Shown in pieces: positions 60,076-64,000 of a stretch of DNA of 64,000 nucleotides. The notes beneath the pieces are model-generated. The model was not told where the DNA came from. It searched no databases and saw only the letters and a program-made list of their open reading frames with translations. The stretch covers positions 1,184,001 to 1,248,000 of the forward strand of contig CAWJQQ010000009.1 in NCBI GenBank assembly GCA_963845065.1, read 5' to 3'. The number at the start of each line of letters is the position of its first letter. Position 1 is the stretch's first letter. Source of the stretch: Nitrospirota bacterium (GTDB lineage: Bacteria > Nitrospirota > UBA9217). The position numbers and the translations under genes are program-made.

Positions 60076-61803
60076 CTACATATCCGCAAGTTCTTTGATA
60101 TGGGGGCCAAGCACCATGTCCTTGTACCCTTTACCCTGGGGGATCACCGGATAAACAGCTTCCTCTCGGTCAGTAACGACCTCGAGGAAGCAGGGACCCT
60201 GTGCCGCAAGAAACTCTTTAAGTGCGGGTTCCAGCTCTTCCCGTGAGCGGATCTTGCGGCACCATGTGAAGCCGCATTCCTTAGCTATATTGGAAAAGTT
60301 CGCGTCAAAGTTGCGTTCTGAGCCAGTGAACTGCCGGTTGTAAAAAACCGCCTGGATGGACCTTACCATTCCGTCTGCATGGTTGTTCAGCATGATCACT
60401 TTAATGGGCAGGCACAACGAACCGATCGTATGAATCTCCCCCATGTTCATTTTGATACTGCTGTCGCCATCAATGGCAATTACCTGAGCATGGGGATTGG
60501 CATAATGCACGCCTATTGAACTGGGCAATGAAAAGCCCATGGTGCCGAATGCCCCTGACGTTATGAATGACTTTGGCTGCGCCGTTTTAAGGTATTGGGC
60601 GGCAAGCATTTGGTGATTGCCCACTCCCGTGGTGATTTTGGTATCTTCGGTAATATGTCGTGACAGGAGATCCATGACCTCGGCCGCCTGTATCTCTTTT
60701 GCAGTGCGGTCGAAGTTGAGCGGATAATGCAGTTTGAGCCAAGCGGCCCGTTTCTGCCACTCGTCGATGCTGAGCGCTATATAGTTTTCCTTCGCATAGT
60801 CCACAAGGTCATCAAGAACAATGCTTGCGTCACCGATAAAGGAGAACTTGGGATATCTAGTGACCCTGACCTCTTGAACTTTTGCAGCATTTATATCGAT
60901 ATATGCAATCTCGGCGTTCAGCCCCGATTCTCCCACTTTCTGGACAACTCGGTCGTTCCACCGGACGCCGAAGGCAACGAACAGGTCCGTCTCCTGGATG
61001 GCCATGTTTGCATAGGGTGTGCCGAACATCCCAAGCATTCCCAGGGATGTGTCTAGAGACTCATCGAGGATGCCCTTGCCCATAAGGCTGTTGATCACTG
61101 GGATATTGAACATTCGGTTGAATTCACGAATTCTGTCGCTGGCAGCGAGGGAGTTTAGACCTCCACCGATGTATAGCAGGGGGCGCTTCGATTTCTGCAG
61201 AAGGTCGAAGAATTGTTTACACTGGTTCCGGCCGAGGTGGGTCTCCTGGTCGTACTTATGCTTGTAGCGTTCGACGGCAGTCCCTTTGTAGACTCCCATT
61301 TTTCTCTGAGCGTCGAGGGGAAAGTCGATGACCACAGGCCCGGGCTTGCCGGACTTGGCATAAAAGTAAGCGTCTTTGACCATCTCCTCGATATCGGTGT
61401 TATCTGTAACGAGAATTACTTTTTTCGCCGCTTTGTCAAAAACTTCCTTGACATTGATGTGTTGAAACTCATCGGTATCGAGCCGGCTCTGCTGTACCTG
61501 TCCCGCAAAAACGAGCAATGGCACCGAGTCGGCAAAGGAATCTGCCACAGCTGTAAGAGTGTTCGTAATGGCCGGGCCCGACGTGACAACAGCAATACCC
61601 AGGGCGCTGCTCGATCGCGAGTAACCTGCAGCGCTAAAGGCGCAAGACTGTTCGTTCGCGTTAATATTAATTGAAATGGAGCTTTGGCCGAGTGCGTGAA
61701 AGACAGGGAGGATCGTCGCTCCCGTATAGCCGAAGATCTGGGAAACTCCCAAGTCTTCAAGGCTCTTCACCATTATTTCAGCTCCTTTTATTTCCTGTGG
61801 CAT
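60076..61803 (-). CDS. ilvB: Acetolactate synthase large subunit-like TPP enzyme
   Basis: NEQ, TSGP..TN, GKPGPV, LGMLGMFG, GTMGF, GD...NN TPP motif. Confidence 0.85.
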   Translation of the reverse strand: MPQEIKGAEIMVKSLEDLGVSQIFGYTGATILPVFHALGQSSISININANEQSCAFSAAGYSRSSSALGIAVVTSGPAITNTLTAVADSFADSVPLLVFAGQVQQSRLDTDEFQHINVKEVFDKAAKKVILVTDNTDIEEMVKDAYFYAKSGKPGPVVIDFPLDAQRKMGVYKGTAVERYKHKYDQETHLGRNQCKQFFDLLQKSKRPLLYIGGGLNSLAASDRIREFNRMFNIPVINSLMGKGILDESLDTSLGMLGMFGTPYANMAIQETDLFVAFGVRWNDRVVQKVGESGLNAEIAYIDINAAKVQEVRVTRYPKFSFIGDASIVLDDLVDYAKENYIALSIDEWQKRAAWLKLHYPLNFDRTAKEIQAAEVMDLLSRHITEDTKITTGVGNHQMLAAQYLKTAQPKSFITSGAFGTMGFSLPSSIGVHYANPHAQVIAIDGDSSIKMNMGEIHTIGSLCLPIKVIMLNNHADGMVRSIQAVFYNRQFTGSERNFDANFSNIAKECGFTWCRKIRSREELEPALKEFLAAQGPCFLEVVTDREEAVYPVIPQGKGYKDMVLGPHIKELADM

Positions 61804-61931
61804 ACTGTCCTCCGGCAGGTCTCAAAAGAATTCTAATACGGGTTCAACCGCTTTACTTGATGATCCCAATGCTAAACTAAAGCATGTGGGGTTTCTCGTG
61901 CGGGGCTCATAAAACTAAAGATGGAGCAATT

Positions 61932-64000
61932 TCACGTGCGATAAGGTAATACAAAGATCTCTTTGTCCTTTACGACTAAAAGAAGATGGTTTTTTCTAGC
62001 AAAATCAATAAGGACCCTGTTCCATGAAGCTTTTGTCGCAATGGTTGTTTTTTGGTCCACAATGGAATCAACCCTGATTGCATAGCCGTCTTGAGAAGCT
62101 GTTTTAGATATCCGACTCAGTATATCTGCAATCTTATCCTTTTTTGCGATGATGGCGATTTTTTTACCTGGTAAGGTGACAAACGAAACAGGAAGAGAGC
62201 TGGTACTGGGGTCGGCCCCGCGCCCGAGCAGTAATTTTGCAATATCTACATCCCCTGTACTAGTTGCTTCAGTTAAAGCGGTAGAGCCATTGCTGTTTTT
62301 CGTATTGATGTCTACACCTTTCCCCAGAAGCACTTTGACGATGTCTATGTTGCCTTTCCGGGCTGCACACATAAGAGAAGTATTTCCGTCGGGTAACGCC
62401 ATGCTGATATTTGCACCTTTTTCAATAAGAAGTGTGACCAACCAAGGATATCCATTGCACGCAGCAATCAGCAGAGGGAAATTTCCATTCTGGTCAGTAG
62501 CATTTACATCAGCGCCGTGCTCTATAAGCTCTTTAGCTGCTCCTGTGTGTCCATGATCTGTCGCGAAAAAAAGGGGGAACCGTCCTGCAGAATTTCGACC
62601 TTTTACATCAGCCCCCTTTTGTATAAGGTATTGTAGTATTCTCAAATGTTTTTCATTGAAGTCCGGGATATCTACTGCCGCTTGGAGTGCCGAGGCGGCG
62701 CCATCAGTGGACTTAATAGTATAATTAACATCTGCACCGCTTTCAACGAGCATTCTTGCAGCCTGCTCATGGCCACTTCGTATTGCCATCATCAATGCTG
62801 TATTCCCGCTTTTATCGCATTGATTCAATGAGGAACCCCGTAGTTTGACAAGTTCCTCGATAATGTTTACAAGTCCTTTTTCGGACGCAATAATAAGGGC
62901 GGTTTGCCCCTTATCATTAGCAGAGTTCTGATTGATTCCCGCCTTGATGAATAAATCAACAGCTTCCTCATTATTTTTCGACACTTCAGCAAGAAAAGCT
63001 TGTTCGGTAAACGGGATACCTCTGTGCTCTAACTTCTTGGTAAGATACAATTTCAAAAGAGGATCTCTATAGATGAATGCAATGCCGGAGAAGATCAAAA
63101 TGACGAGAGCTACTATGGCAAATGTGACTAGTGTTCGATTGCCCATGACTTCAAATGCAGTCGTTTTTACATCATTATTTTCGAGTGCTAACGTATTATA
63201 AGTTTCTTCATCCATAGAAGGAAGGTTACCTTCATGCGCTGAAGCAACATCGACAGTCTGGGTTGCGGCCTTTTCTTCGTCTGGAATGGGCTGATCTATT
63301 TTCTCGTCCAAAATTGGCTCTCCTGCTTTTCTTTTCGACCGAAGTGTATGGATATCCAGCTCCGGTAATGGTCCAAAATGGTCAAGATATTTACGTATGG
63401 ATGTTTCTAAGTAATAATAGGCAAGATCCATCAACAGCCCGATGGCGATGCCGATCAAAGCAGATAGTATGACAACATCGAGTAAATAACCCAAGAGAAG
63501 TCCGCTCCCGCCGAGTGCAAGGGGAGGCAGCCATAAGAGCTTGGAATATATTGTCAACTTTTCATACAATTTTTGTCGTTTATAGGGTTTCCCTTGCGAC
63601 GAGTTCAGAAAATTATCCCATTCTTGAGCGTCAATGCTAAGTTTGTGCTGGTATTTTTTTATGACTCGGGCAATTTCACGATGTCCTTTTTCTTCAGCGA
63701 GATTTAGGGCAGTCTTCCCTGACTTGTTTTTTGCTTCAACGTCGATCCCTGATTGCATCAGGAGGTCGACGATGGCTGTCTCTTCTTGATCGAACACCGC
63801 TTTATGCAATGCCGTCCAGCCGTCATCAGATTTTTCATTTATGTTCGTGCCTGCTTGCAAGATCGTCTCTGCAATCTCTGTGTAACCTTTTGACGAGGCA
63901 ATCATCAACGGCGTAACTCCTTCGCGGATCAGATTTACATTAAGACCCTCATCAATTAGTTTTTTTACCGCTTCGAGATTCCTATTCTGGATGGCTTCCA
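61932..64000 (-). CDS. Ankyrin-repeat membrane protein with C-terminal secretin-N0/STN-like domain (5' end outside the window)
   Basis: Repeated G.TAL..A...G ankyrin units on both sides of three hydrophobic helices; the frame stays open to the window end. Confidence 0.85.
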   Translation of the reverse strand, partial: EAIQNRNLEAVKKLIDEGLNVNLIREGVTPLMIASSKGYTEIAETILQAGTNINEKSDDGWTALHKAVFDQEETAIVDLLMQSGIDVEAKNKSGKTALNLAEEKGHREIARVIKKYQHKLSIDAQEWDNFLNSSQGKPYKRQKLYEKLTIYSKLLWLPPLALGGSGLLLGYLLDVVILSALIGIAIGLLMDLAYYYLETSIRKYLDHFGPLPELDIHTLRSKRKAGEPILDEKIDQPIPDEEKAATQTVDVASAHEGNLPSMDEETYNTLALENNDVKTTAFEVMGNRTLVTFAIVALVILIFSGIAFIYRDPLLKLYLTKKLEHRGIPFTEQAFLAEVSKNNEEAVDLFIKAGINQNSANDKGQTALIIASEKGLVNIIEELVKLRGSSLNQCDKSGNTALMMAIRSGHEQAARMLVESGADVNYTIKSTDGAASALQAAVDIPDFNEKHLRILQYLIQKGADVKGRNSAGRFPLFFATDHGHTGAAKELIEHGADVNATDQNGNFPLLIAACNGYPWLVTLLIEKGANISMALPDGNTSLMCAARKGNIDIVKVLLGKGVDINTKNSNGSTALTEATSTGDVDIAKLLLGRGADPSTSSLPVSFVTLPGKKIAIIAKKDKIADILSRISKTASQDGYAIRVDSIVDQKTTIATKASWNRVLIDFARKNHLLLVVKDKEIFVLPYRT

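Overview
Bacterial chromosomal window, mostly housekeeping genes. Gene content and order suggest an anaerobic Nitrospirota- or deltaproteobacteria-like organism (inference only). It carries: (i) an IS1634 transposase cut by the window edge and an IS110 relic, followed by a porin plus two multiheme-cytochrome genes (candidate outer-membrane electron conduit); (ii) smg-topA-xerC-hslVU-argB with a collapsed dprA; (iii) an intact tnpB-only IS200/IS605 element and about ten orphan IS200/IS605 end hairpins, two split by the same ~98-bp MITE and two supplying the stop codon of a host gene; (iv) an ECF sigma/anti-sigma/Spy module, a GAF-GAF-GGDEF cyclase and rpsF-ssb-rpsR; (v) an FGE-sulfatase gene whose 3' end looks DGR-diversified; (vi) an aspartate-family operon with a TusA/MoeB/JAB/ubiquitin-like/NIL sulfur relay between hom and apgM-lysC-cimA and no thrC; (vii) EF-G2, M16, dut, mutL-miaA-hfq, mtnP-pfkB-orfA-pilF/tgl-rodZ, copA, pfkB, pgk, ndk, ilvB and an ankyrin membrane protein. 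I found no rRNA, tRNA or CRISPR array. All calls come from motif recognition by eye; no searches were run.
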